Source: a virus. Taken from it: a stretch of 64,000 nt of DNA. Made by a program: the position numbers and the translations under genes. Under the pieces are notes generated by a model, which was given only the letters and a program-made list of their open reading frames with translations, searched no databases and was not told where the DNA came from. Positions 17,846 through 28,310 of this stretch are shown here, in pieces. The DNA lies in the IMG/VR virus record IMGVR_UViG_3300029319_008461, positions 1 through 64,000 of that record, one strand, 5' to 3'. How positions within the stretch are numbered: the first letter of the stretch is position 1; every line of letters begins with the position of its first letter.

Positions 17846-19116
17846 TTAAAGTTATATTGAAAGGTCCTATTCTGAGTCGTAGTGGCTACGGCGAACATAC
17901 GAGATATATGTATAGAGCCTTAGCATCTCGGCCAGATATTTTTGATTTGTACATTCATCCCACTGGATGGGGACAGTCAAGTTGGGTTCTGACCGGCAAA
18001 GAAACGAGAGCAGTTGAAAAATGTATTGAAAAAATACACCACTTCAAAGGTACGTTTGATTTGTCCTTGCAAGTATTAATACCCAGCGAATTTGAAAACA
18101 TAGCCACTAAGAATATTGGAGTTACTGCTGCTGTAGAGACTACGGCTGCTTCAGCACAATGGATTAACAAGGCTAATCATATGGACGCTGTATTTGTAAC
18201 CTCTGAACACGCAAAAAAATCTCTGGTGACTCCAAACTATTCTGTGAAAGCAGAAGATGGGATGACATATGAAATTATGATGCAAAAACCCGTCGAGGTT
18301 ATTTCGTACCCGTTTAGAGAATTTGAAAACAACAAGGACACTCACAAGAGAATTGATCTTGAAACAGAATTTAATTTTTACACGTCCGCACAATTTGGAC
18401 CAAGAAAAAACTTAATGAACACTATTCATTGGTTTGTTCAAGAATTTAAAGACGATGAGGACGTTGGCCTTGTTGTTAAAGCACACCATAAAAACAATAG
18501 TCAAATCGATCGTCAAAAGATGATTGTTCAATTATCAGCAGCAGTTCATAGTGTGCCTCATAGAAAGTGTAAAGTCTATTTGCTTCATGGATCGATGGAA
18601 GATGACGAGATGAACTCGGTTTATACGCATCCTGACATTCACGCTTACATTACAGCAACACACGGTGAGGGTTTTGGGTTGCCAATATTTGAAGCAGCTT
18701 GTAATGGACTCCCAGTAGTTGCTCCGGCTTGGTCAGGACATGTTGATTTTTTATATGACAATGTTAAAAATGAAAAATCAGGACGTGTAAAAAGAACTCC
18801 AATGTTTACGAAAGTAAAATATACACTTGGAAAAATACAACAAGAGGCAGTTTGGGATACTGTTCTCAATGCCGAGACCGAGTGGTGTTATCCAGATGAG
18901 GCAGCTTTTAAAAAGGCTGTCAGAAGTGTTAAGACTGCTTATATAGCTAAGAAAAAGACAGCAGAGAAATTGCAAGAATCTCTTAGGGAAAGACTAGACC
19001 AAGATAAGATGCTTCAATATGTTGTCGATAGAGTCTTGGAGGTCTGTCCGCAAGATTTTGTTGAACTGGAGGGCTTCTTTAATAATCTCTCTGAAGAATT
19101 AGAAGTTCATGACTAG
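17842..19116 (+). CDS. GT-B glycosyltransferase (GT4-like)
   Basis: SRSGYG, PRKNL and HGEGFGLPIFEAACNGLPVV motifs. Confidence 0.9.
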   Translation: MIKVILKGPILSRSGYGEHTRYMYRALASRPDIFDLYIHPTGWGQSSWVLTGKETRAVEKCIEKIHHFKGTFDLSLQVLIPSEFENIATKNIGVTAAVETTAASAQWINKANHMDAVFVTSEHAKKSLVTPNYSVKAEDGMTYEIMMQKPVEVISYPFREFENNKDTHKRIDLETEFNFYTSAQFGPRKNLMNTIHWFVQEFKDDEDVGLVVKAHHKNNSQIDRQKMIVQLSAAVHSVPHRKCKVYLLHGSMEDDEMNSVYTHPDIHAYITATHGEGFGLPIFEAACNGLPVVAPAWSGHVDFLYDNVKNEKSGRVKRTPMFTKVKYTLGKIQQEAVWDTVLNAETEWCYPDEAAFKKAVRSVKTAYIAKKKTAEKLQESLRERLDQDKMLQYVVDRVLEVCPQDFVELEGFFNNLSEELEVHD

Positions 19117-19957
19117 GATACATTTTATTGCCGATGTTTTTGCGGAACAACATCTTGGAGGTGGAGAACTAAGCAACCAAGAGTTGATAAAGTTACTAGG
19201 GCAAAAAGATAAAGAAGTTATTCAGTGTCTTTCTGCGCAAGTCACCCCAGATTACATCTTGGAAAATAGGGGTGATAAATTCATTGTTGGGAATTTCTTA
19301 GGCCTGTCCGAGGACAGCAAGAAATGTTTGATGGACAATTGTAGTTACATAATTTACGAACACGACCACAAGTATTTAATCTCTAGAGATCCGTCTGTGT
19401 ATGAAAATTATCAGGCACCTGATAGTCATATCATAAATAAAGATTTTTATGAATCATCAGTAGGTGTTATTTGCCAGTCAAAACTTCACAGAGATGTTGT
19501 TAAACAAAACTTAAAACTTGATAATATTATCTCAGTTGGTGGCAATCTTTGGGATGATCACACCCTTAATCTTTTACGAAAACTTTGTAACAAGGACAAA
19601 CGTCAGCGCTACTCAATCTGGGATTCTGTGAATCCGATTAAGAACACTCCAATGACAGTTGCTTACTGCAAAAGAAATGAAATACCTTTTGACTTAGTTG
19701 GCTTTCTTCCTTATGATAAGTTTTTAGAGGACATCACTAACAATGATACTTTTATATTTTTGCCTCAAACTTTAGAAACTCTATGTCGAGTAGCTGTTGA
19801 GTGTAGAATGGCCGGAATGAAAGTTATCACCAATAAGAAAATCGGAGCCTCAAGCGAAGATTGGTTTAAATTAAAGGGAGAAGAGTTGATAGACTATATG
19901 GCAGAAAAGAAACACCAAATATGTCTTAAGGTGGAGGAGTTGTTTGATGAGTCCTAA
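19109..19957 (+). CDS. divergent GT-B glycosyltransferase
   Basis: GGGELS near the N-terminus; ETLCRVAVECRMAGMKVI (E-x7-E). Confidence 0.7.
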   Translation: MTRIHFIADVFAEQHLGGGELSNQELIKLLGQKDKEVIQCLSAQVTPDYILENRGDKFIVGNFLGLSEDSKKCLMDNCSYIIYEHDHKYLISRDPSVYENYQAPDSHIINKDFYESSVGVICQSKLHRDVVKQNLKLDNIISVGGNLWDDHTLNLLRKLCNKDKRQRYSIWDSVNPIKNTPMTVAYCKRNEIPFDLVGFLPYDKFLEDITNNDTFIFLPQTLETLCRVAVECRMAGMKVITNKKIGASSEDWFKLKGEELIDYMAEKKHQICLKVEELFDES

Positions 19958-20684
19958 GTTTACAATTATTATACCCTGTTATAATGCCGAGAACTATATT
20001 GAACAATGTGTCAAATCAGCGCTGAATCAAGACTATGAAAACTTTGAAGTTATTGTTGTTGATAATGATAGTGGCGATGATAGTTATGAAATAGTGGAAT
20101 CCCTCCAGGATGAATATGATTTCTCCCTTGATACAGCACAAAACTTATATCCTTTCTCTTGGTCAGAACCAGTTGAAAAGGCCCTAGAAGAATTTACGGG
20201 AGATTACTTTACTATCTTGGGTGCAGACGATTACCTGTCCCCAGATTATGTTTCCAATATTATGAAATATATTCAAGAGTCTGATGAGGAGATCCACTGT
20301 TTTCAGAGTGCCCTTAGGACCGTAGATAAAAACGGAGAATTGCAAGGTGGAGAATTATCTCACGATTACAATGACTTAGATGATCTAAAGGAAAAATTAC
20401 TCGATAGGTGCGTTGTGACCACACCGTCAGTTGTTTTTTCTAGAGAATTATTCCGAAAAGGTTTGACAAAGTGGGACTCTGAAAATTATCTTGGTGCAGC
20501 AGATTACGCTTTATATTTCTCACTTGTTGACGAGGGAGTGCATATTCACCTTAACAAAGAGTGGTTAGGATACTACTATAGATGGCACGAAAAGCAGGCC
20601 ACCTGGGGAATGCAACAACAACCTGTCAATTATGACTTTATGCTACAGAATAAGTGGCGTCAAAAGTGGGAAAATGAAAACTAG
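19947..20684 (+). CDS. GT2 glycosyltransferase
   Basis: IIIPCYNAE, VVDNDSGD, GADD and ADY motifs. Confidence 0.9.
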   Translation: MSPKFTIIIPCYNAENYIEQCVKSALNQDYENFEVIVVDNDSGDDSYEIVESLQDEYDFSLDTAQNLYPFSWSEPVEKALEEFTGDYFTILGADDYLSPDYVSNIMKYIQESDEEIHCFQSALRTVDKNGELQGGELSHDYNDLDDLKEKLLDRCVVTTPSVVFSRELFRKGLTKWDSENYLGAADYALYFSLVDEGVHIHLNKEWLGYYYRWHEKQATWGMQQQPVNYDFMLQNKWRQKWENEN

Positions 20685-22467
20685 AGTTGTAGATTATATT
20701 GCCGACAAAATAGTAGAGCTTGGAGTTAGAGATGTGTTTACTCTAACTGGTGGCGGAGCTATGTTTCTTAACGATTGTGTTGCAAAGCATCCACAGTTAG
20801 AAGCCATATGTAATCATCATGAACAAGCTTGTGCAATGGGTGCTGTTGGTTACGCTAAATATACTAATGGGTTTGGTGTATCGATGGTCACCACAGGATG
20901 TGGCAGCACTAATGCTATCACAGGATTACTGGAAGCTTGGCAAGATAACGTAAAGTGTTTGTTTTTTTCTGGTCAAGTTAATAAATCACAAACAACACAC
21001 GGATCTAATTTGCCACTCCGACAGCTTGGGGTACAAGAGGCTAATATAATCGATGTGGTAGCGCCGTTGTGCAAATATTCAATTATGATAACTGATGCCA
21101 ATGATATTAGGTATGAGCTTGAGAAAGCTATACACTTGTGTCAGACGGGCCGCCCAGGTCCTGTGTGGATTGATATTCCTATGGATATACAAGGGGCATA
21201 TGTTGATATTGATGAGTTAAGGGGGTACAGTGAAACCCCAGAAGTTAAAACTGATGTTACAACTGATGAGATTCTTCAAATTAAACAAATGTTTAACCAA
21301 GCAAAGAGGCCAGTTCTTTTGGTTGGTAATGGGGTTAGGTTATCCGGCGCAACAAAAGAACTTAAGCAATTTGTTGAAAAATACAATATACCAACTGTAG
21401 CTACTTTTCTTGGCGTTGACTTACTAGAAAGTGACAACCCTCTAATGATAGGTCGAGTTGGGATCAAGGGAAATAGGGCTGCAAATTTTGCAATGCAGAA
21501 TGCAGACTTGTTAATAACTGTGGGTACAAGACTTGGTGTTCCCGTAACAGGATACAATTATGAGACTTTTGCCAGAGAGGCAAAGATAGTTGTTGTGGAC
21601 ATTGAAAAAGAGGAACACCTAAAAGATACAATCAAAATAGATAAGCTAATCGCTGCTGATGCAAAGAAATTCTTTACCTCCACCGTGCTAGATAAACAAG
21701 CGTCAAGACAGTGGGCAATGATTTGTCTGGATTGGAAAAACAAGTGGCGTGTATGTAACCCAGAATGGAATCAAGATAAAGATGGTATTGATCTGTATTA
21801 CTTTACAGATAAGTTATCCAAGGCAAATAAGAAAGATTCTGTTGTTGTATCTGACGCTGGATCTGCTTATTATGTACCATCTCAATTTTTAGATATAAAA
21901 GATCAACAGAGGTACGTTACTTCTGGCGCACAAGCTGATATGGGATTTACAATCCCGGCTGCCATTGGTGTTAGTGTGGCCAAGAACAAAGAAGAGGTTA
22001 TTGGTATTACCGGTGATGGCTCTTTCCAGACAAATATACAGGAACTTCAAACAATAAAACACTATCAGCTTCCAGTTAAGATATTTGTTTGGAATAACCA
22101 TGGTTACTTATCAATTCGTACAACGCAAAACAAATTTTTTAAGGGCAGGTTTATAGGGGTTGATCAGGACTCTGGGGTCTCACTGCCGGACATTCAAAAG
22201 ATAACCGAGGCGTATGGACTTAAGTATTTTAAGATTGAAAACACAAAAGAACTAGAATCAGGCATCAGTCAAGTTCTAGATTATGATGGTCCTGTTGTAT
22301 GCGAAGTTATGTGCCAAAAATGGCAGGAAGTTGTTCCTACCCTTATATCAACCAAAACCAAAGATGGCAGAATTGTGTCACGGCCTTTTGAGGATATGTA
22401 TCCGTTGTTAACTCGTGATGAGTTCTATGATAATATGATAATAGATCCTATCAAATATGAGGAGTGA
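20674..22467 (+). CDS. ThDP-dependent acetolactate-synthase-like enzyme (YerE-like sugar branching enzyme)
   Basis: HHEQAC, TTGCGSTN, GRPGPVWIDIP and GDGSFQ...NN motifs; sugar-cluster context. Confidence 0.88.
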   Translation: MKTRVVDYIADKIVELGVRDVFTLTGGGAMFLNDCVAKHPQLEAICNHHEQACAMGAVGYAKYTNGFGVSMVTTGCGSTNAITGLLEAWQDNVKCLFFSGQVNKSQTTHGSNLPLRQLGVQEANIIDVVAPLCKYSIMITDANDIRYELEKAIHLCQTGRPGPVWIDIPMDIQGAYVDIDELRGYSETPEVKTDVTTDEILQIKQMFNQAKRPVLLVGNGVRLSGATKELKQFVEKYNIPTVATFLGVDLLESDNPLMIGRVGIKGNRAANFAMQNADLLITVGTRLGVPVTGYNYETFAREAKIVVVDIEKEEHLKDTIKIDKLIAADAKKFFTSTVLDKQASRQWAMICLDWKNKWRVCNPEWNQDKDGIDLYYFTDKLSKANKKDSVVVSDAGSAYYVPSQFLDIKDQQRYVTSGAQADMGFTIPAAIGVSVAKNKEEVIGITGDGSFQTNIQELQTIKHYQLPVKIFVWNNHGYLSIRTTQNKFFKGRFIGVDQDSGVSLPDIQKITEAYGLKYFKIENTKELESGISQVLDYDGPVVCEVMCQKWQEVVPTLISTKTKDGRIVSRPFEDMYPLLTRDEFYDNMIIDPIKYEE

Positions 22468-22469
22468 TA

Positions 22470-23399
22470 ATGTCTAAGGAAAGAAAAAAAGTAACAATCC
22501 TAACTCTTAGGAAAAATAAAAGAGAAAATAAAAAATCAGTTTTTGTAACAGCATACGACTACCCACAAGCAATGTTAGCTCATAGGGCTGGTGTGGATGG
22601 GATATTGGTTGGTGACTCACTTGGTATGACCACACTAGGTCACAAAACAACAATTCCAGTTACAATGGATGATATGATTAGGCACGCAGAGGCCGTTGCT
22701 AGGGGTGCAAAGGCTCCATTCCTAGTTGGAGATATGCCTTACATGTCTTATCAAGCATCTAATGCTGATGCTGTTCGTAATGCTGGAAGATTTATTAGAG
22801 CCGGAATGGACGCTGTAAAGGTAGAAGGAGCAATGGTCGATCGCATCAAAGCCATCGCTGATGCGGGCATCCTAGTGCAAAGCCACCTGGGACTAACTCC
22901 TCACACCATGGCAATGCAGGGAGGATATAGAGTCCAGGGAAAAACAGCAAAAAGCACAGAAATAATTCTCAACCAAGCGCTAGAACTTCAGGAAGCAGGT
23001 TGTGCGTTTTTGTTACTAGAGGCAATGCCAAGAGAATCAGCGCAGGCAGTAGCAAGAGAATTATCAATACCTGTTTTTGGTATTGGTGCTGGTGATCTTG
23101 TCGATGGCCAGTTAGTTATTATGCATGACCTTGTTGGTCTTTTTTGGGACTTCAAATCAAAGTTTGTAAAAAGATATTGTGAAGCCGGTGCTATGATTCA
23201 AGATTCTCTAGAGCAATACGCTCAAGAGGTTCGAGATGGGTCATTCCCGTCCGAAGAAAACTTTTACGAAATTAAAGACGAGGAACTGGAAAAAATTACC
23301 AATTGGAAATACGAAACTGATCAAGGATTCCCAACGAATCACAGTGCTACGCCTAATACTGTTACACCTAAAAAAGATATATTTGACGGTAAAAAATGA
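22470..23399 (+). CDS. panB: ketopantoate hydroxymethyltransferase homolog
   Basis: TAYDY, LVGDSLGM, GDMP, AVKVEG, HLGLTP, GIGAG and DGQ motifs. Confidence 0.9.
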   Translation: MSKERKKVTILTLRKNKRENKKSVFVTAYDYPQAMLAHRAGVDGILVGDSLGMTTLGHKTTIPVTMDDMIRHAEAVARGAKAPFLVGDMPYMSYQASNADAVRNAGRFIRAGMDAVKVEGAMVDRIKAIADAGILVQSHLGLTPHTMAMQGGYRVQGKTAKSTEIILNQALELQEAGCAFLLLEAMPRESAQAVARELSIPVFGIGAGDLVDGQLVIMHDLVGLFWDFKSKFVKRYCEAGAMIQDSLEQYAQEVRDGSFPSEENFYEIKDEELEKITNWKYETDQGFPTNHSATPNTVTPKKDIFDGKK

Positions 23400-24232
23400 G
23401 AGTTCTCATAACTGGACGGAACGGGTTTCTTGCAAGGGAGCTATCCGATCGTCTTGACGATTTTGAGGTAACCTGTGTCGGTCGCCAAGAGGTGGACCTC
23501 ACTAACTCTCATAATGTTGATTTATTTTTTGAAGATAAAACTTTTGATGCTGTTTTGCACACAGCCATTATTGGTGGACGTCGAGGACAACAAGATGAGT
23601 TTAAAGATTTTTCTGACAACGTATCAATGTTCAGTAACTTACTAAGACATAAAGATAAGTTTAACAAGTTTATAAACTTTTGTTCTGGTGCGGCCTTTGG
23701 AAGATGTGCTGACATATATGAGTGGCACGAAAACAGAATCCATTCTTGGCTGCCTGGCGGAGGCGACTATTATGGAATGTCAAAAAACATAATTGGACGA
23801 GAGTGCAATAAGCTGGATGGTTTTTATAATTTAAGATTGTTTGGATGTTTCGGGTTTCATGAAGCAGAAAAAAGGTTTGTTAAATCAGCTTTGGAAAAAG
23901 CATTAGTTGGAGAACCAATAGTTATTCATCAGAATAAAATGATGGACTATATTTCTGCTGAAGATATCTGCACAGTGGTAAGACATTATCTTGTGAGTGA
24001 TATTAAAAAAGAACTTCAGGACATTAATATTTGCTATGAGGACAAAACCACTCTGAGAGGTATTGCGGTAAAAATTGTAAACTTAACAAAATCAGAATCA
24101 GAGATAATAATAGAAGAGCCAGGATTCTCTGTATCATATACAGGCAACGCTGATAAGTTGAAAAGTCTTAATTTAAGCCTGCAAGGAATAGAAAAGGGAC
24201 TCTTAGCTCTCTTGGAGAAATTAATTGGATAA
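23396..24232 (+). CDS. NAD-dependent sugar epimerase/reductase
   Basis: TGRNGFLA; YGMSK catalytic motif. Confidence 0.85.
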   Translation: MRVLITGRNGFLARELSDRLDDFEVTCVGRQEVDLTNSHNVDLFFEDKTFDAVLHTAIIGGRRGQQDEFKDFSDNVSMFSNLLRHKDKFNKFINFCSGAAFGRCADIYEWHENRIHSWLPGGGDYYGMSKNIIGRECNKLDGFYNLRLFGCFGFHEAEKRFVKSALEKALVGEPIVIHQNKMMDYISAEDICTVVRHYLVSDIKKELQDINICYEDKTTLRGIAVKIVNLTKSESEIIIEEPGFSVSYTGNADKLKSLNLSLQGIEKGLLALLEKLIG

Positions 24233-25568
24233 GCTTCAAAAAATACTTTCACTAGTCGAAGAATATGCTCAAGAAAACCTTTTAGATAAAAGCTGGGAAC
24301 CTGGACAATGGGTTAATTATTCTGGACCTCATTTTAGCACTGACGAGTTTCGGGCAGCCGTCGAGGCTTTGCTAGGTGGCTGGCTTGTGTTTGGAAAGAA
24401 GGCCAGAGTTTTTGAACAAACATTCCCGGAGCACTTAGGTAAAAACTTTGGGATGTTAACAAACTCAGGAAGCTCAGCCAACTTGATAATGACTCAAGCT
24501 TTAACTAGTAAAAAAAGCTTTATGAAAAAGTATCATTTACCTAAGGGTAGTAAGATTATCACCCCAGTGGTTTGTTTCCCAACAACCTTGAATCCTATTA
24601 TACAGACAGGATATGAACCAGTATTTGTAGACGTGGACTTGCCATCTTTGAACTTAAATTTAGATCAGGTAGAAAAAATCCTTGAAGAGGATAGTTCAAT
24701 CAGAGGTATTGTTTTTGCTCACGTTCTGGGAAATCCTCCTGATATGGATAGGCTTATGCATTTAGTTGATAAGTATAAACTTATTTTCTTGGAGGATTCA
24801 TGTGATGCCTTGGGTTCTTTTTATGATGATAAAAAACTAGGTTCCTTCGGGCACATGTCAAGCTGTTCATTTTACCCCGCTCATCATATGACTTTGGGAG
24901 AGGGCGGATTTGTAGCTACAGATGACCCAAGACTCAGAAGGGCGTTGGCCAGTTTTAGAGACTGGGGTCGTGCTTGTTATTGTAACGAGCAAAAACCTGG
25001 AGACGTCACTGCTGGAACAGCTTGCGGCAATAGGTTTAAGCCCTGGCTTAAATACGGCAAAGAAAGAATAAATTATGATCACCGTTATGTGTTCGATGAG
25101 ATTGGTTTTAACTTGAAGCCGCTAGAGTTACAAGCAGCTATTGGACTAGAACAACTACATAAGCTACCGGAGATGGATTCAGCCAGACGGGAAAACTTTC
25201 GATCTTTCACTAAAATATTTTCAAAATACGAGGAGTATTTTATGCTCCCGAGGGCTACAGATAAATCAGATCCAAATTGGTTTGGATATTTGTTGACAGT
25301 TAAAGAAGGTAGCGGGTTCAGTCGTGAGCAGTTTGTCCAGCATTTAGAGGACAACAAAATACAGACAAGATCTTATTTTGCAGGGAATTGTTTATATCAT
25401 CCGGCTTATGTAGAGTTCGCTAGCAAATACGACAATCTTAGGGACGAGTTTCCTAATGCTCACAAGGCCACAGTCGGATCTTTTTTTCTAGGAACCTTTA
25501 TTGGTATAACAGAGCAAAAATTAAACTATATTGAGGGGGTTGTTGATGAGTTCTTCAAAAACCTATGA
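24225..25568 (+). CDS. rfbH: NDP-4-keto-6-deoxyglucose 3-dehydrase (RfbH/DdhC/AscC family)
   Basis: NSGSSAN, EDSCDALGS and SFYPAHHM.LGEGG (His in place of the PLP Lys); RDWGRACYC...C Fe-S cysteines. Confidence 0.88.
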   Translation: MDKLQKILSLVEEYAQENLLDKSWEPGQWVNYSGPHFSTDEFRAAVEALLGGWLVFGKKARVFEQTFPEHLGKNFGMLTNSGSSANLIMTQALTSKKSFMKKYHLPKGSKIITPVVCFPTTLNPIIQTGYEPVFVDVDLPSLNLNLDQVEKILEEDSSIRGIVFAHVLGNPPDMDRLMHLVDKYKLIFLEDSCDALGSFYDDKKLGSFGHMSSCSFYPAHHMTLGEGGFVATDDPRLRRALASFRDWGRACYCNEQKPGDVTAGTACGNRFKPWLKYGKERINYDHRYVFDEIGFNLKPLELQAAIGLEQLHKLPEMDSARRENFRSFTKIFSKYEEYFMLPRATDKSDPNWFGYLLTVKEGSGFSREQFVQHLEDNKIQTRSYFAGNCLYHPAYVEFASKYDNLRDEFPNAHKATVGSFFLGTFIGITEQKLNYIEGVVDEFFKNL

Positions 25569-25569
25569 T

Positions 25570-26520
25570 ATGAAAATTATATGTGTAACTGGATGTTTAG
25601 GGTTCATACCTTCTTACTTCGTTGAAAAATGTCTTAAGCGTGGCTGGATGGTGTATGGTATTGATAAGTTGACCTACGCAGCTAACCTGGGTTTCTTAGA
25701 AGAGCTTAATAAGTATGATAATTTTAAGTTTGTAAACGCTGATATAAAAGACATAAAAGCAATATGCGACTGTGATTATGTTGTGAACTTTGCTGCCGAA
25801 TCCCACGTTGGAAATAGTATTATTAACAGTGAGGAATTTATAAACACGAATATTGTCGGCACAAAAAACCTTCTTGATCTTGTGCGGTTCAAGCCAAGAA
25901 ATTGTGGAACTAGACCCGTGTTCATTCAGATTAGCACTGATGAAGTATATGGTGATATATTAGAGGGGGAACACACAGAAGAGGATTTACTACACCCTAG
26001 TAATCCATATTCAGCAGCTAAAGCTGCTGCCGACATGCTTGTTTTAGCTTGGTCTAGAACTTATGATCTAGAATATTTGATAGTTCGGCCTACTAATAAT
26101 TACGGAATCAGACAATACCCTGAAAAGCTTATACCTCTTGCTGTTAAGAATTTACTACGAGGCAGAAAAATTTCTCTTCACAATAATGGAACACCAATAA
26201 GAAACTGGTTACATGCTGATGATACAGCAGAAGCTGTTTTAACTCTTATAGACAACGAGGTTGTTAATGAGATTTACAACGTCTCTGGTGATTTTGAGCA
26301 ATCAAACGCTGAGACGGTTAGAAAAGTTATACAATCATTTTTTGGAACAGAAGAAAACTGGCAAAGCCATGTTGATTATTCATATGTTAGAAAGGGACAA
26401 GACCTAAGGTATTGTCTTGGGGATTCTAAAATTAGAAATCTTGGCTGGACGCCTAAAAAAGAATTTGATAATGAGATAGACTCTATTGTAGATTACTACA
26501 AGAATAATTTTATTTGGTAA
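25570..26520 (+). CDS. rfbB: dTDP-glucose 4,6-dehydratase-like protein
   Basis: DKLTYA, NFAAESHV, ISTDEVYG, PYSAAK and QYPEKLIP motifs. Confidence 0.85.
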   Translation: MKIICVTGCLGFIPSYFVEKCLKRGWMVYGIDKLTYAANLGFLEELNKYDNFKFVNADIKDIKAICDCDYVVNFAAESHVGNSIINSEEFINTNIVGTKNLLDLVRFKPRNCGTRPVFIQISTDEVYGDILEGEHTEEDLLHPSNPYSAAKAAADMLVLAWSRTYDLEYLIVRPTNNYGIRQYPEKLIPLAVKNLLRGRKISLHNNGTPIRNWLHADDTAEAVLTLIDNEVVNEIYNVSGDFEQSNAETVRKVIQSFFGTEENWQSHVDYSYVRKGQDLRYCLGDSKIRNLGWTPKKEFDNEIDSIVDYYKNNFIW

Positions 26521-26523
26521 CAT

Positions 26524-27477
26524 ATGAAACTAACATTTGATGACATCATAGACAAACATAAAGGAGAGACGTGCGTCATTTCTTTGCACGGCCCAAGCTT
26601 GGAGCCTTATATAGAAAAGATCCAAGAACTACAGAGAGATAACAAAATTACCAGATTCTCTGTCAATGAGTGGTTTGATTACTTTGAGGAAAAACCAGAC
26701 TATTGGGTGGTATCAAATACAGAGTTTAATATAAGGGACTCTATTCTTAATGAGAACATTTGGAAACTTAGAAAATATCCGGTCGATGTTTTCAACACAT
26801 ATAAAGTTCCGTTGTTCTATAATAAGGCGGCGGATCTCACTGACCCCTCTTTTGTGGATGATAATTTAAAGTTTGATTATCTCCCGTATGACAACAAGCA
26901 CTTCAAGGGGCATGGTTGCATTGAGATACTTAAAAACTTCAAAAATTATTACGAAGAGAACAAAAATTTAAATTTTGAAATGTATGGCAACAACAAGCAA
27001 ATGTGGCAGTTTCCTGACACAAAAAATGAAAACGTTAACGAGTTTTGTGCCCACGTCCACGCTGGACTAGCAGGCGGTTGGTCAAGGACAGGCCACTGTT
27101 GTCATCTTAAGGATGATAATCCAACACTACAAGAGAAACTACAACAATATTCAGGACATGATCGCCATTGTGGAGTTGGACAAACTGTGGGGTTGTTTTG
27201 TGTGGCTTTTGCCATATTGATGGGGTTTAAAAAAATATACATTGTAGGGCTTGACTTAGATTATTCTTTGGGGTATGCTGAGGGGTACCCTGAAGACAAA
27301 AACTATTATGTCCCTAATGTTGCACAAGTTGGTCACTGGAGATATGTGTACAAAGACTTTTTGACTGATGATATGAAAATTTTACGGGAAAGTGCTGCCC
27401 TAAAAGGCACAGAGATTATTAACCTAAACAAAGAAGCATGGTATGATGAATTTACCAAAGGAGATTTAAAGGTATGA
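26524..27477 (+). CDS. Maf/Cst-like putative nonulosonate transferase
   Basis: HGPSL..., SVN and AILMGFKKIYIVGLD motifs; directly upstream of neuB/neuA. Confidence 0.55.
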   Translation: MKLTFDDIIDKHKGETCVISLHGPSLEPYIEKIQELQRDNKITRFSVNEWFDYFEEKPDYWVVSNTEFNIRDSILNENIWKLRKYPVDVFNTYKVPLFYNKAADLTDPSFVDDNLKFDYLPYDNKHFKGHGCIEILKNFKNYYEENKNLNFEMYGNNKQMWQFPDTKNENVNEFCAHVHAGLAGGWSRTGHCCHLKDDNPTLQEKLQQYSGHDRHCGVGQTVGLFCVAFAILMGFKKIYIVGLDLDYSLGYAEGYPEDKNYYVPNVAQVGHWRYVYKDFLTDDMKILRESAALKGTEIINLNKEAWYDEFTKGDLKV

Positions 27478-28310
27478 GTGTTTTTGTAATTGCAGAAATC
27501 GGTATTAACCACAACGGCAGCCTGGATATCGCTAAGCAGCTTATTAGTGAGGCCGCAGCAGCAGGTTGTGATGCAGTTAAGTTCCAAAAAAGAACTATTG
27601 AAAAAGTTTATTCAAAGGAGGAGCTTGATAAGCCAAGAGAGAGCCCTTGGGGGACAACAAACAGAGAACAAAAGAATGGATTAGAATTTACCGAATCTGA
27701 CTATGAGCAGATTGACGCTTACTGCAAAGAAAAGAATATTGAATGGTTCGCATCTGCTTGGGATGTTGATAGTCAAATTTTCATGCGTCGGTTTAATTGT
27801 AAATACAATAAAGTTGCGTCGGCTATGCTTACACACAGAGAACTTCTAGAAGAAATTGCATCTGAAAAGAAACATACTTTTATTTCTACTGGAATGAGTA
27901 CACTTGAACAAATTGATAAGGTAGTTGAAATTTTTAAAAGCCACGACTGCTCTTTTGAACTTATGCATTGTAACAGCACCTACCCGATGCAACTTGAAGA
28001 TGCAAATCTGCGTGTGATGCACACGCTGCAAGATAGGTACGGTTGTAATGTTGGATACAGTGGCCACGAAACAGGTATTATTATTAGTTGTGCTGCTGTT
28101 GCCATTGGTGCCTCATCTTTGGAAAGACACATTACTCTTGACCGAGCGATGTATGGATCAGATCAGTCTGCGTCCTTGGAGATCGTTGGACTTAAAAGAA
28201 TGATGGATTATGTTAGGGATATCATCGCCTGTATGGGTTCTCCCGAAAAGAAGGTTATGGATACTGAAGTTTCTATCGCTGAGAAGCTACGAAAGGTAGA
28301 TACTCTGTGA
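27474..28310 (+). CDS. neuB: N-acetylneuraminate synthase family protein (no SAF domain)
   Basis: IAEIGINHNG, AVKFQ, STGM, HCNSTYP, GYSGHE and ERHITL motifs. Confidence 0.93.
   Translation: MSVFVIAEIGINHNGSLDIAKQLISEAAAAGCDAVKFQKRTIEKVYSKEELDKPRESPWGTTNREQKNGLEFTESDYEQIDAYCKEKNIEWFASAWDVDSQIFMRRFNCKYNKVASAMLTHRELLEEIASEKKHTFISTGMSTLEQIDKVVEIFKSHDCSFELMHCNSTYPMQLEDANLRVMHTLQDRYGCNVGYSGHETGIIISCAAVAIGASSLERHITLDRAMYGSDQSASLEIVGLKRMMDYVRDIIACMGSPEKKVMDTEVSIAEKLRKVDTL

Noticed and set aside
20674-23399. ilvB + panB as branched-chain amino acid or pantothenate auxiliary metabolic genes
   Set aside because: No ilvC/ilvD/ilvN/panC/panE in the window; translational coupling to rfbH-type sugar genes favours a YerE-like role (not formally excluded)
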